A DNA stretch of 64,000 nt from Gammaproteobacteria bacterium RIFCSPHIGHO2_12_FULL_63_22 (GCA_001801685.1 MGYJ01000031.1:7909-71908); one strand, 5' to 3'; counted from the first letter of the stretch, positions 41,441 through 50,364 are shown. Notes: generated by a model from the sequence alone, not told the origin. Numbers and translations: made by a program.

Positions 41441-42615
41441 AGCTCCCCACTGAAAGCTTGGCGCAGCAGCGACTTCTTCAACGCTTGCAGCGCGGCGATC
41501 TTACGCTCGTAGAGTCGGGCGAGGCGTTGGGTTTCATGGTGGAGGTCATCAAGGTTCGCGGCGAGTTGCTTTTGCTTCTTCACGTCGGGAAGCAAAACCC
41601 GAAACTCGAACAAGTGGTCGCGATTGACTTTCGGCATTCCCGCCCGGGCAGAACCTCGGATTGCGTAATCCGTGAAGGGTTTACTCAGCAACAAGTGAAA
41701 GAGGTAGTCGCGAGTAACTACGCTGGGGATTGGCGCGAGCGGATACATGTCTGCGCTGCACAATCCCTCGAAGTCTGGGCGAGCAACCTTCATCAGATAA
41801 GGGCGAATCTTGCTGTACAGCACCATTGATTCGTCGAAGAGGAACTTGCCGGAAATCAGGCCTTCTTCTCGTGCCGTCTTGAGGTCTACGAACACGCCGG
41901 TCTTTGATTCGATGTTACCCGCGCCGACGTGGGTCAAATCGAGGAACTCTTTTTTCCGTGGGTCAACGAGCGTTGAAGTAATCGCGCAGACTTCGTCGAA
42001 TCGCTTCTCCACCCACCCCGGGCCGCGCTGGGTGAAGACGGATTGGAGGCGGCTTTCGAAGATTCCGCGGACGTTTTGGAGGTTCTTTTCGGCATTGGCT
42101 TTGGCGGTGGCGATGCCCTCAAACGCTTCGTCGAGCAGGCCGACAATCCGCTGCTGTTCTGCCAGCGGGGGGGCGGGAATCGTGAGAGCCCCAAGCTTCG
42201 TCGCATTGAATCCGCCTTGTGCACTACCAGATGAACCGTCTTTGATCGACTGCCAGTAGCCAGCGGTTTGGAAGAACAGCATGACGAACTCCGGCAGCAA
42301 CTTCTTGTCGAGCAAGCGGAGCCGAATCAGATACGAAGCGAACACTGCTTCGGGCGGCTCGTCCACGAGGAAGCTCTTGCCAGTCGTTGCTCCGGTGCGC
42401 GCAAAAACAATGTCACCGCTGGCCAGCCGGTATTTGGGAATATCGGCGCTTTCGATCTTGCAGTAAGGCACAGTGTCCCATTCAACACGGTCGTCCTGGA
42501 TGTCCGTGATGCGGAGAAAACGCGGGCCGACTAGTTCTCTGGTCGCGCTTTCGGTGTAGCCGTAGTTGATGGCCGACACCGCTCCGAGCTCTTTAGTTTC
42601 CCAACCCTTCTTCAT
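41437..42615 (-). CDS. hsdS: Type I restriction-modification specificity subunit
   Basis: Two TRDs with conserved PPLAEQQRIV and KKSLLRQAFSGEL segments. Confidence 0.93.
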   Translation of the reverse strand: MKKGWETKELGAVSAINYGYTESATRELVGPRFLRITDIQDDRVEWDTVPYCKIESADIPKYRLASGDIVFARTGATTGKSFLVDEPPEAVFASYLIRLRLLDKKLLPEFVMLFFQTAGYWQSIKDGSSGSAQGGFNATKLGALTIPAPPLAEQQRIVGLLDEAFEGIATAKANAEKNLQNVRGIFESRLQSVFTQRGPGWVEKRFDEVCAITSTLVDPRKKEFLDLTHVGAGNIESKTGVFVDLKTAREEGLISGKFLFDESMVLYSKIRPYLMKVARPDFEGLCSADMYPLAPIPSVVTRDYLFHLLLSKPFTDYAIRGSARAGMPKVNRDHLFEFRVLLPDVKKQKQLAANLDDLHHETQRLARLYERKIAALQALKKSLLRQAFSGEL

Positions 42616-44069
42616 AGCAGCGCCTTGATGTTGCCCAGCACTTCCGCGCTCTCGGCGTCCAGCGCGGCGATTTCGTCCATGATGTCTTGCGGGCTGCGGT
42701 GCGCGATTTCCTCGCCACCGTTGGGGTTCTTCACGGACAAATCAAAGCTCTTCGGATCGATGGCCGCCACGTCCACGCTCCAGCTTTTGGGCGAGTCGAC
42801 TTTGGTCTTTTGCAGTGCGATGAACTCGGCGAGGTCGGCGTCGTTGAGCGGGTTGGTCTTGCCCATGTTGCGGCCGGGGTCGAGCTGGTAGAACCACACC
42901 TTTCGGGTCTTTGTGCCCTTATCGAAGAACAGTACTACGGTCTTCACGCCCGCGCCGATAAACGTTCCGCCGGGGCAGTCGAGTACCGTGTGCAGGTTGC
43001 AGCTTTCCAGGAGCAGCTTGCGCAGGCTGACCGAGGCGTTGTCGGTGTTCGACAGGAAAGTATTCTTAATGACGATGCCGCCGCGCCCGCCGGCCTTGAG
43101 AATCTTTATGAAGTGCTGCAGGAACAGGAACGCGGTTTCGCCGGTGCGTATGGGGAAGTTCTGCTGTACCTGCTTGTGTTCGTTGCCGCCAAAGGGCGGA
43201 TTGGCCAGAACCACGTCATATCGATGTTTTTCCTGGATGTCGGCGAGGTTCTCCGAAAGCGTATTGGTGTGGAGGATATTGGGCGCCTCGATGCCATGCA
43301 GGATCATGTTCATGATCGCGATGACGTAGGCAAGCGACTTTTTCTCCTTCCCGTAGAACGTCTTCTCCTGGAGAAACCGGTCCTGGGCGACCGTGCGCTT
43401 GGGATGGGTTCTCTTCAGGTAGTCGAATGCCTCGCACAAGAAGCCCGCAGAGCCGACCGCCCCGTCATAGATGCGCTCCCCTAGCTGGGGCCGTGTGACC
43501 TCGATAATGGCGCGGATAAGCGGGCGTGGCGTGTAGTACTCGCCGCCGTTCCGCCCGGCGTTGCCCATGTTCTTGATCTTCGCTTCGTACAGGTGCGATA
43601 GCTCGTGCTTCTCAACCTGGGAGCGGAAGCGGAGTTCGTCGACATGCTCGATTACCTCCCGCATGTTGTAGCCGCTGGAGATCCGGTTCTTGATCTCGCC
43701 GAAGATCTCGCCGATCTTGTACTCAGTCGTATTGGTGCCGCTTGCTCGTTGCTTGAACCCGTGCAGATAGGGGAAGAGCTTGTTGTTGACGAAGTCCCGC
43801 AGGTCATCCCCTGTCAGCGCCTTGTTGTGGTCCAGCTTGCCGTCCTTGCCCTTGGGGGCGGCCCACGCCTCCCAGCGGTATGGCTTGTCCAGGATGTAGC
43901 TGTACTTCTTCCCCTCCAGCTTGGCCTGGTCGAATAGGTCCTGCTCTAGGCCGTCAAGGTACTTGAGAAACAGCAGCCAAGACGTCTGTTCGGTGTAGTC
44001 CAGTTCTGTGGTGCAACCGGCTTCCTTCCATAGGACGTCATCGATGTTCTTGAAGGTCTGTTCAAACAC
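42612..44069 (-). CDS. hsdM: Type I restriction-modification N6-adenine methyltransferase
   Basis: GEYYTPR, DGAVGSAGFL, ANPPF. Confidence 0.95.
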   Translation of the reverse strand: MFEQTFKNIDDVLWKEAGCTTELDYTEQTSWLLFLKYLDGLEQDLFDQAKLEGKKYSYILDKPYRWEAWAAPKGKDGKLDHNKALTGDDLRDFVNNKLFPYLHGFKQRASGTNTTEYKIGEIFGEIKNRISSGYNMREVIEHVDELRFRSQVEKHELSHLYEAKIKNMGNAGRNGGEYYTPRPLIRAIIEVTRPQLGERIYDGAVGSAGFLCEAFDYLKRTHPKRTVAQDRFLQEKTFYGKEKKSLAYVIAIMNMILHGIEAPNILHTNTLSENLADIQEKHRYDVVLANPPFGGNEHKQVQQNFPIRTGETAFLFLQHFIKILKAGGRGGIVIKNTFLSNTDNASVSLRKLLLESCNLHTVLDCPGGTFIGAGVKTVVLFFDKGTKTRKVWFYQLDPGRNMGKTNPLNDADLAEFIALQKTKVDSPKSWSVDVAAIDPKSFDLSVKNPNGGEEIAHRSPQDIMDEIAALDAESAEVLGNIKALL

Positions 44070-44157
44070 CGGGATTGATCCTTAATGCGAGTAGTGCAGC
44101 TATTTGAGCATCAAGACAGCCTACGTGAAACCGGGCGAGAGCTGGCCATTGGCGACG

Positions 44158-44430
44158 TCACCGGTTCTCTGGACGAACGCCACGGCCAGGAGCCGATCGC
44201 TGCGGGACGGTGGGTGCGACGAATGGGGGCCGTGCCCCCGGCGCATGGAATGGTCTGACCCAATTCAGAAGCACAAGGCCGACCCGGATCTGACCGACGC
44301 GGATGAATTCATGCGTGCCGATGTGCTCGGCAGGGCTGGAGGTGCGCGTAACCGATCGCTTTCCGTTGGCCAGCGTCAGCACGACCTTGGTGCCGACTGA
44401 GTGCTGCGCGTTCCATTCGTTCGACGTCAT
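44158..44430 (-). CDS. Small phage-like hypothetical protein
   Basis: WNAQHSVGTKV..TRTSSPA resembles small phage proteins from memory; 3' part of the longer track ORF. Confidence 0.4.
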   Translation of the reverse strand: MTSNEWNAQHSVGTKVVLTLANGKRSVTRTSSPAEHIGTHEFIRVGQIRVGLVLLNWVRPFHAPGARPPFVAPTVPQRSAPGRGVRPENR

Positions 44431-44886
44431 AGCTTCAGTCTGGCGACCGCCCTTCCAGTATCCTGAAACTCGGAGAAGGAGACGTATCGATGCCATCGGA
44501 CCACCAGCCAAAGCAATGGACGCTCGAGCAGTCGGCAGAGATCGCCGACCACTGGCAAAAGCTGCTCGACGCGGCCGACGCCGGCGACGAGCGCGCCAGG
44601 GACTTCCTAGGGACCTTTGGGCCCTGGGCGAGCGCGCAGTTGGCGAAGCGGCGAAAGTCGTGACAGCGATGGGAAAGCCGCCGACCTTGCCATCTGGCGG
44701 CCAGTGCTGAGCGAACATCGCCGCACTGCTACAAAATTGGGCGCCGCCTTGAGCAAGTGGCCAGCGGGGCCGGGGTGGGTGCCGTGGAACATTTTTGTTC
44801 CACGGAATAAGGGGCTTCGAGTGGTGTAACGTGCTTGCCAAGCTGAATCCCTGCCGGCCGGCGGGGTATATGCGACTAGGGTTTAG

Positions 44887-44916
44887 TTGCAATGTCAGGT
44901 GCTGAGCTAATACGAT
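44887..44916 (+). promoter_or_regulatory. Possible sigma70 promoter of the hicA operon
   Basis: TTGCAA, 18-nt spacer, TACGAT, 13 nt before ATG 44930. Confidence 0.35.
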
Positions 44917-44929
44917 GGGCCATTGATTG

Positions 44930-45199
44930 ATGTCCAGCCGACTAAAAAAGAATCTCTTCAGACTCGAGGCGTGCCCAAAGGACTACACCTGGAACGAACT
45001 GACCGCGGTGATGCGTGGGCTGGGCTTTGTCGAAGCGAAGGGTTCAGGCGGATCGGCGGTCAAGTTCCGGCATCCGGATCATCCCGAGCAAGTGGTCAAT
45101 TTGCACAAGCCACACAACCGAAATCCGCCGACTGTATTGGTCGTTTACTTGAGAAAGCTGGTGGCGAGGCTGAAAGAATGGGGGTATCTGGATGCCTAA
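44930..45199 (+). CDS. hicA: HicA family mRNA interferase toxin
   Basis: WNEL..LGF, GS.VKF, LHKPH; 89 aa. Confidence 0.88.
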   Translation: MSSRLKKNLFRLEACPKDYTWNELTAVMRGLGFVEAKGSGGSAVKFRHPDHPEQVVNLHKPHNRNPPTVLVVYLRKLVARLKEWGYLDA

Positions 45200-45665
45200 T
45201 ATGTTGAACTACAACAACTACACCGCAACAGTTGAGTTTTCCGAGGAAGACGCGCTGCTTGTCGGGCAGCTAAATAACGTCGACGCACTGGTGGTTTTCT
45301 CGGCGGATAATGTCGCGGATCTAATCACCGAGTTTCACGCCGCTGTTGACACTTACCTGGCAGATTGCGCTGAGGCTGGCATCGATCCTGAAAAGCCCTA
45401 TAAGGGCTCCTTCAACGTTCGCGTCGGCGTGGAACGGCACCGCCGCGCGGCGTGCACAGCTGCTCGCTGGAGCGTTTCGCTCAACGAGTTCGTGGGGATC
45501 GCAATTGACCAGGCTGTTGATCGAAATGATCGTGGCGGGACGGTTACGCTTGTCAAGGAAAAGATATACGCCGGCGACCTCTCGGAACAGGGCTTCGAAT
45601 CCATTCGCGTGGTCGATGATGCAGTGGGTTCGATCTATGCAGCTGCGCCGTATACACGGCAATGA
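45192..45665 (+). CDS. hicB: HicB family antitoxin with ~45-aa C-terminal extension
   Basis: YNNYTATVEFS, FHAAVDTYLADC, PEKPYKGSFNVRV, SLNEFV. Confidence 0.9.
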   Translation: MPNMLNYNNYTATVEFSEEDALLVGQLNNVDALVVFSADNVADLITEFHAAVDTYLADCAEAGIDPEKPYKGSFNVRVGVERHRRAACTAARWSVSLNEFVGIAIDQAVDRNDRGGTVTLVKEKIYAGDLSEQGFESIRVVDDAVGSIYAAAPYTRQ

Positions 45666-46186
45666 CCACCGATCTCTTGGCGTTTCGCCTGATCAACGCT
45701 CGCATCAGCAAGCTCGTTGTCGATGAGCGTGCCGGGGGTGTGCTCGTCGTCGGGAAGGAACTCGATGTGGTGATCTCCCGATCCTTGCCAGAGGTGTCCG
45801 TTCACCCTTGGGGAACTCGTCCGGTTATCGAGCTGAGGGTTTCGGCCTCGGCAACGCTAAGCGGAACTGGCGAGCGAACTATGCTCGACAAGGTGTTCCA
45901 TGTTGAGTGCACGGGCGCATTCGTGTCTGCCGGTGGGAAATCTGACGGAAAGTTGGACGCGTTTCAGCCCATGGTTGAAGCTTTTTCGCGGTCCCTTTAT
46001 TGGATACTGCGCGAGCGTCTGGATTCCGTTTTTGCTGTGACGGCGCTCCGGTCTGCGAATCTCCCGTGGGACTTACCGGAGATTGGTCATCGTCTCGCTG
46101 ATACAGGGCCTCAACCGCCGCCAGCCGCGACGAAGAGGGCGCCAGTGCCCCGCAAGAAGCTGCCACGAAAGCGATCGGAGAGCTAG
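45662..46186 (+). CDS. SecB-like chaperone
   Basis: Four alternating beta strands ending VECTGAF, then helix SLYWILRERL and ANLPWDLP, the SecB-like pattern; ATGA overlap with hicB. Confidence 0.7.
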   Translation: MTTDLLAFRLINARISKLVVDERAGGVLVVGKELDVVISRSLPEVSVHPWGTRPVIELRVSASATLSGTGERTMLDKVFHVECTGAFVSAGGKSDGKLDAFQPMVEAFSRSLYWILRERLDSVFAVTALRSANLPWDLPEIGHRLADTGPQPPPAATKRAPVPRKKLPRKRSES

Positions 46187-46189
46187 CGA

Positions 46190-46402
46190 ATGGCGGGCGA
46201 GCCAAAAGCGTTTGTGCTCTATTTGGATGGTGCAGGAGAGTGGCGCTGGCGACTGTTTGCGCCCAATGCAAAAGTCATCGCCGACAGTGCGGAAGGTTAT
46301 CGAGACCGGGCCGATGCCATTCACGGGATACATTTGGTCGCCCAGATTGCGCCGGACACGAACATCTGGGATCCCGCTCAGAAGAAATGGGTTGTGGGCT
46401 AA
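46190..46402 (+). CDS. YegP / DUF1508 family protein
   Basis: FVLYLDGAGEWRWRLFAPNAKVIADSAEGY; GGAG RBS inside the secB-like 3' end. Confidence 0.88.
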   Translation: MAGEPKAFVLYLDGAGEWRWRLFAPNAKVIADSAEGYRDRADAIHGIHLVAQIAPDTNIWDPAQKKWVVG

Positions 46403-46405
46403 CCG

Positions 46406-46427
46406 CTGGGGGCATCTCTGGGGGTAG
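46406..46427. repeat. Putative integrase arm-type sites, right end
   Basis: CTGGGGGCAT 46406-46415 and CTGGGGGTAG 46418-46427. Confidence 0.55.
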
Positions 46428-46488
46428 CCAGGTCGACCGGCCGCCCAAGACCCGCGCAGATTGCCCCTCGGACACGACTATTCGGGGG

Positions 46489-46504
46489 CTGGTGGGCCCA
46501 CCAA
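46489..46504 (+). repeat. attR core (duplicated tRNA 3' end)
   Basis: Identical to 28254-28269. Confidence 0.9.
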
Positions 46505-46536
46505 TTCGAACTCGCTCGCGACGCGGAGCTCCACGA

Positions 46537-47334
46537 TTGGACAGCGATCCTGCTCACCGCAATGACCACGCGAATGCCGGCGCCTCCGAAGGGCGTGCAT
46601 TCGTGGTTCCCTGCCACGCGGTCCGGCCGGGGCAGATTGTTCACTGGCTGCAACGCGGCTGGCGCGATTTCACGCGCGCGCCCGCGCTGTCCCTGCTGTT
46701 CGGTGGCGTCATCGCGCTGATCAGCGCGGCGGTATCGGCGCTGGCCTGGTCGCTCGGTCGTTTCGCGCTGCTGGCAACCCTGCTTTCGGGCTTCGTATTC
46801 ATCGCGCCGCTGCTGGGCGTCGGCCTTTACTGCGTCAGCCGCGCGCTGGAGGCTGGGCGGACACCGCGCCTGGGTGATTCGTTCGTGCTGGCGAAGCGGG
46901 TGATCGGGCAGGCCGGCGTGTTCGCCATCGCGCAAGTGGTGATCTTGCTGCTGTGGTCGCGCGCCGGGATGTTGGTCAGCGCGCTGGTGACCATCCAGCC
47001 AGGCGACCCGCGCTCCCTGTTCGAGTTCCTGCTGATCGGTTCGGCGATCGGCTCGGTGTTCGCCGCCTTCACGTTTGCAGTCGCGGTTTTCTCGCTGCCG
47101 ATGATCGCCGACCGCGATGTCGACATGGTCACCGCCTGCATTTCCTCGGTGCAGGCGGTGCTGCGCAACAAGCTGACCATGCTGTGCTGGGCCGGCACGC
47201 TCGCCCTGCTGACCGCGATCGGTTTCGCGACGGCATTCGTCGGCCTGGTGGTGATCATGCCGTGGCTGGCCTACGCCTGCTGGCATGCCTATCGCGACAC
47301 GCTGGATGCATCATCGTGGCCGCAGTTGCCGTGA
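46537..47334 (+). CDS. DUF2189-like membrane protein
   Basis: WLQRGWRDF, SGFVFIAP, FSLPMIADRD, WHAYRD; start uncertain (TTG 46537 with GGAG). Confidence 0.8.
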   Translation: MDSDPAHRNDHANAGASEGRAFVVPCHAVRPGQIVHWLQRGWRDFTRAPALSLLFGGVIALISAAVSALAWSLGRFALLATLLSGFVFIAPLLGVGLYCVSRALEAGRTPRLGDSFVLAKRVIGQAGVFAIAQVVILLLWSRAGMLVSALVTIQPGDPRSLFEFLLIGSAIGSVFAAFTFAVAVFSLPMIADRDVDMVTACISSVQAVLRNKLTMLCWAGTLALLTAIGFATAFVGLVVIMPWLAYACWHAYRDTLDASSWPQLP

Positions 47335-47389
47335 CCCTGGTGCCGCCGACGCATCGCATGGATGCTCCCGGCATTCTGGCTGCGTGTGC

Positions 47390-47668
47390 TTACTCGGCGG
47401 CAATGGCCAGGTGCATCTCTCGCGGACACGCGATCACTTCCGTATTGCCTTCCTGCGATGGGCCGAAGCAACGCTCATCGATCGACTCGCGAACGATTGA
47501 AGGGCCGCGCGACAACCTGTCCACGGTGCGGGAATCGTCGACAATTCGGCTTGTGCGCGGCATGTCGTGGCCGGCGCCGACCCGCGAGCGGTGATCGCAG
47601 CCGGCGCCAAGGCCGGTTGCGAAGAGGGCGGCCATCATCAAGATGATCGGCTTGGATTGAGAGTTCAT
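47390..47668 (-). CDS. Putative small lipoprotein
   Basis: Hydrophobic N-terminus and lipobox-like LGAGC. Confidence 0.4.
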   Translation of the reverse strand: MNSQSKPIILMMAALFATGLGAGCDHRSRVGAGHDMPRTSRIVDDSRTVDRLSRGPSIVRESIDERCFGPSQEGNTEVIACPREMHLAIAAE

Positions 47669-47791
47669 GGTCGTGCGCTCCAGGTTGCGATGCGCGCACC
47701 ATAGGCGGACTTCATGACGTGGATGGGTCATCCACGCTGCACTTCGAATGCAGTCGGCCCACGGGCCTGCGTGAGCGATCGTGCAGCTTCC

Positions 47792-48775
47792 TCACGGAGC
47801 GAAATTGAAACTCATCGTCACGTCGCGGGATTCACCCGGAGGCTGGTACTTCCAGCGGCTCAGGGTCCTGGCCACGCTGCGTTCGAAAGCGGGATGTCGC
47901 GTGCCGACACTCTCCGTGCGAATTCCACCAACCGTGCCGTCCGAATTCACGGTGAAGGATGCGACGACCTGTCCAACCGCGCGCCGACCCCGCCTTTCGT
48001 CAGGGTACTCGGGTGCGGGCGTACGCAGCGCGACCAGTTCGGTGCGCGCCGGCGCCGCCACGGCCGAGGTTGCCGGCGGCCGAATTGCGGCGGTCGCCGA
48101 CGCCCGTGAGTCGACGGGCGTGGCGGCAGCGACGGCAGCCGGTACCATCGCCGTCGGACTGCTTGTCGGCGCCGCGACCGGTACCGGTGGCGCCATTGCT
48201 GGGGGCGCAGTCGGCGTGATTGCGGGCGCAACCACATTGGCAGTTGCCACTTCATCAAGCGCGGCCTGGCTCTCCCGTGACTCACGAGACTGGTCGAACA
48301 GGCCCTTGGTGATGGCCGAGGCCATGCGCGCCAGGGAGGGCGCACGCGGATCTGCGGCGGCAACCAGTCGGCGCAGTCGTTCCGCCTCGGCGAAATCCTG
48401 GCGTTCGATCGCCTGCTCGGCACCAATTACTGCGTAAGGCTGGAGCTCCATCAACGCACTGGCAGCCGAGTCGTCGCCTGCATCGGTCGCATCGCGCAAG
48501 GCAACGTAGTACTCCATCGCGTTGTCCCCGGCCGGCGCGTAGATGCGTTGTTCGCGAAGCGCGAGCCGGCCCCGCCTCCGGAGTTCTTCCTGACCCAGGC
48601 CTGCGTAGGCTGGCGGGGCGGTTCGAACTGCAGAGCCCGTCGCTACTGATGCCGATGTCGCGCCTGGCGAATCGGTCGGTTGTGAACAGGCGGCGAGGGC
48701 GAGCGCGATAGCCAGCGGCAAAGGCCAGCATGCGGCGGAGAGACTGGATGCAATCGGTGTGGATGCAGCGGACAT
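47792..48775 (-). CDS. TonB-like energy transducer
   Basis: Lipobox LAAC, PAGDNA helical region, Ala/Pro linker, TonB C-terminal domain (PEYP, GQVVASFTV, WKYQP). Confidence 0.8.
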   Translation of the reverse strand: MSAASTPIASSLSAACWPLPLAIALALAACSQPTDSPGATSASVATGSAVRTAPPAYAGLGQEELRRRGRLALREQRIYAPAGDNAMEYYVALRDATDAGDDSAASALMELQPYAVIGAEQAIERQDFAEAERLRRLVAAADPRAPSLARMASAITKGLFDQSRESRESQAALDEVATANVVAPAITPTAPPAMAPPVPVAAPTSSPTAMVPAAVAAATPVDSRASATAAIRPPATSAVAAPARTELVALRTPAPEYPDERRGRRAVGQVVASFTVNSDGTVGGIRTESVGTRHPAFERSVARTLSRWKYQPPGESRDVTMSFNFAP

Positions 48776-48918
48776 GGCAAGGCGCCCCGATCGAAAGGTG
48801 GTTCGACCCATGGCGCAAGATTCTGGGCACCGCGTCCTGCAGTTGGATTGCAACAGGCCTACCAGCCGGTTACACGTAATCGAATTCCGCAGCGCGTCCC
48901 ACTTTTATGCCAGACAAC

Positions 48919-49173
48919 TCAGGCCGGAACGGTCGCAAGCAGCCTCGCTGCATACAAGGGAAAGCTCATGGACTCGGCCTTGCCCTGCGCACCATCGAGA
49001 TATTCCAGCGCTTTGCGCTGGCATTCACCCTCGTGCGACAGCGTTACCCGGCTCAGGTGGCCGCGCCTTATGCCGGCTGGGTAGGCGATCATCGCCAGGT
49101 CCGGATGCAGGATGGGTGTATCGCAAATCCCGCAATGCAGGACGGGCTGGGCGTCTTCGGTCATCAGCAACAT
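48919..49173 (-). CDS. Small hypothetical protein with CxxC
   Basis: GGAG 6 nt before ATG 49173; CGIC motif. Confidence 0.35.
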   Translation of the reverse strand: MLLMTEDAQPVLHCGICDTPILHPDLAMIAYPAGIRRGHLSRVTLSHEGECQRKALEYLDGAQGKAESMSFPLYAARLLATVPA

Positions 49174-49313
49174 GTGCAGCTCCGGGGGGGGGGCGGGAGT
49201 TGACGCGAGCGTATGCGAGGCCGAGAGGGGCCGAATGATACAAATCAACTATGCGTCGCAAGCCGTGATCGGCATCACGCCGAGCCGGCTCGCGCCAATT
49301 CGCCGATGACCCG

Positions 49314-50006
49314 CTACTGACCCGCGAGCAGGTTCGCCCCGGTCAGCGCCTTCGACTCCGACGACACCAGGAACAGCATTGTCTTCGCGAGATCCGAAGG
49401 CTGCAGCCACTTGCCCGGATCCGCGTCCGGCATGTCGGCACGATTGCGCGGTGTGTCGAGGATGGTGGGTGACACGGAGTTGACCCGGATGCCGCGCGAC
49501 TTCAGTTCGTCGGCCAGCGATTCGGTCAGGCGCAGCACGCCCGATTTTGCCGCGGTGTAGGCGCCCATGCCGGCTGCTGCGCGCGTGGTCGCGGCGGCCG
49601 CGACGTTCACGATCGCACCACCCGATGGCATGTGGTCGAGCACGGCAATGCTCGCGCCCACCGCGCTCAGCACATTCGCGCTGTACATCTCCGACCACGC
49701 CTGCACGCCACCATCCACCACCTTGTTCCAGGCAAACGCGCCGGCGACATTCATCAGCGCATGCACCGGGCCGAGCTTGTCCGCAATCTGCTTGAACGCG
49801 TCCTTGGCCGACGCGGGATCGGACAGGTCGATGCCGCTGACCACCAACGCGGCGCCGTGGTCGGTGTTGCGCGGCTCGACGCGGTCGATCAGCGCAACCA
49901 CGGCGCCCATGTCGTTCGCGACCTGCGTGATCGCATGGCCCAGGATGCCCAGTCCGCCGGTGATGACGATCAGCTTTCCCTTCAGCTCCGACTCCTGGTG
50001 CGACAT
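49314..50006 (-). CDS. SDR family oxidoreductase
   Basis: TGGLGILG, YTAAK, RVNSVSP. Confidence 0.9.
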   Translation of the reverse strand: MSHQESELKGKLIVITGGLGILGHAITQVANDMGAVVALIDRVEPRNTDHGAALVVSGIDLSDPASAKDAFKQIADKLGPVHALMNVAGAFAWNKVVDGGVQAWSEMYSANVLSAVGASIAVLDHMPSGGAIVNVAAAATTRAAAGMGAYTAAKSGVLRLTESLADELKSRGIRVNSVSPTILDTPRNRADMPDADPGKWLQPSDLAKTMLFLVSSESKALTGANLLAGQ

Positions 50007-50139
50007 GGCGACAACTCCGTTGGGCGATGGAATTAAATGGAAGTTAAGCTCCCGCATTGTAGGCCAGCCTGTGCGCGCTTCATTCAACTTGTGTTCCGGA
50101 ATGGGGTCGTAACCTGACTCCGCTTAAGCACGTTCGTGT

Positions 50140-50240
50140 CTCCTGAAAGGCATACGGCACGAACAAGACCGATCCCCGGCTCCCCTCCGGCGGATCTCGC
50201 CCCGGCACCGCTCCCCTCGGTGACCGGGGTTTTCATTTTC
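50140..50240 (+). ncRNA. Candidate sRNA or structured leader with two CUCCCCU-loop hairpins
   Basis: Hairpins 50171-50196 and 50200-50229 have identical 7-nt loops and are followed by TTTTCATTTT; 5' boundary uncertain. Confidence 0.5.
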
Positions 50241-50364
50241 CGGCTCCCCCAACCGCCGATCCCGTTCGTGGCACCTTCTGGCTGCTTTCGGCGTATCGTT
50301 TGTGGACAGGCATATCGCCCAAACGCCGGGGAAGCGAATGGATAGCGGGGCTATACGGGGTGCC

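Larger units (their letters stand above)
28270..46504. mobile_element. ~18.2 kb tRNA-integrated genomic island (satellite-like core plus defence cargo)
   Basis: att direct repeat, adjacent P4-type integrase, AlpA, replication helicase, visibly lower GC and different codon usage. Confidence 0.9.

Noticed and set aside
44431-44892. 5' extension of the 244-aa ORF 44158-44892
   Set aside because: Arg/Pro/Ala-rich low-complexity translation across a likely divergent promoter region
46240-46536. N-terminal extension of the DUF2189-like ORF
   Set aside because: Runs across yegP and attR, so it cannot be part of the ancestral gene
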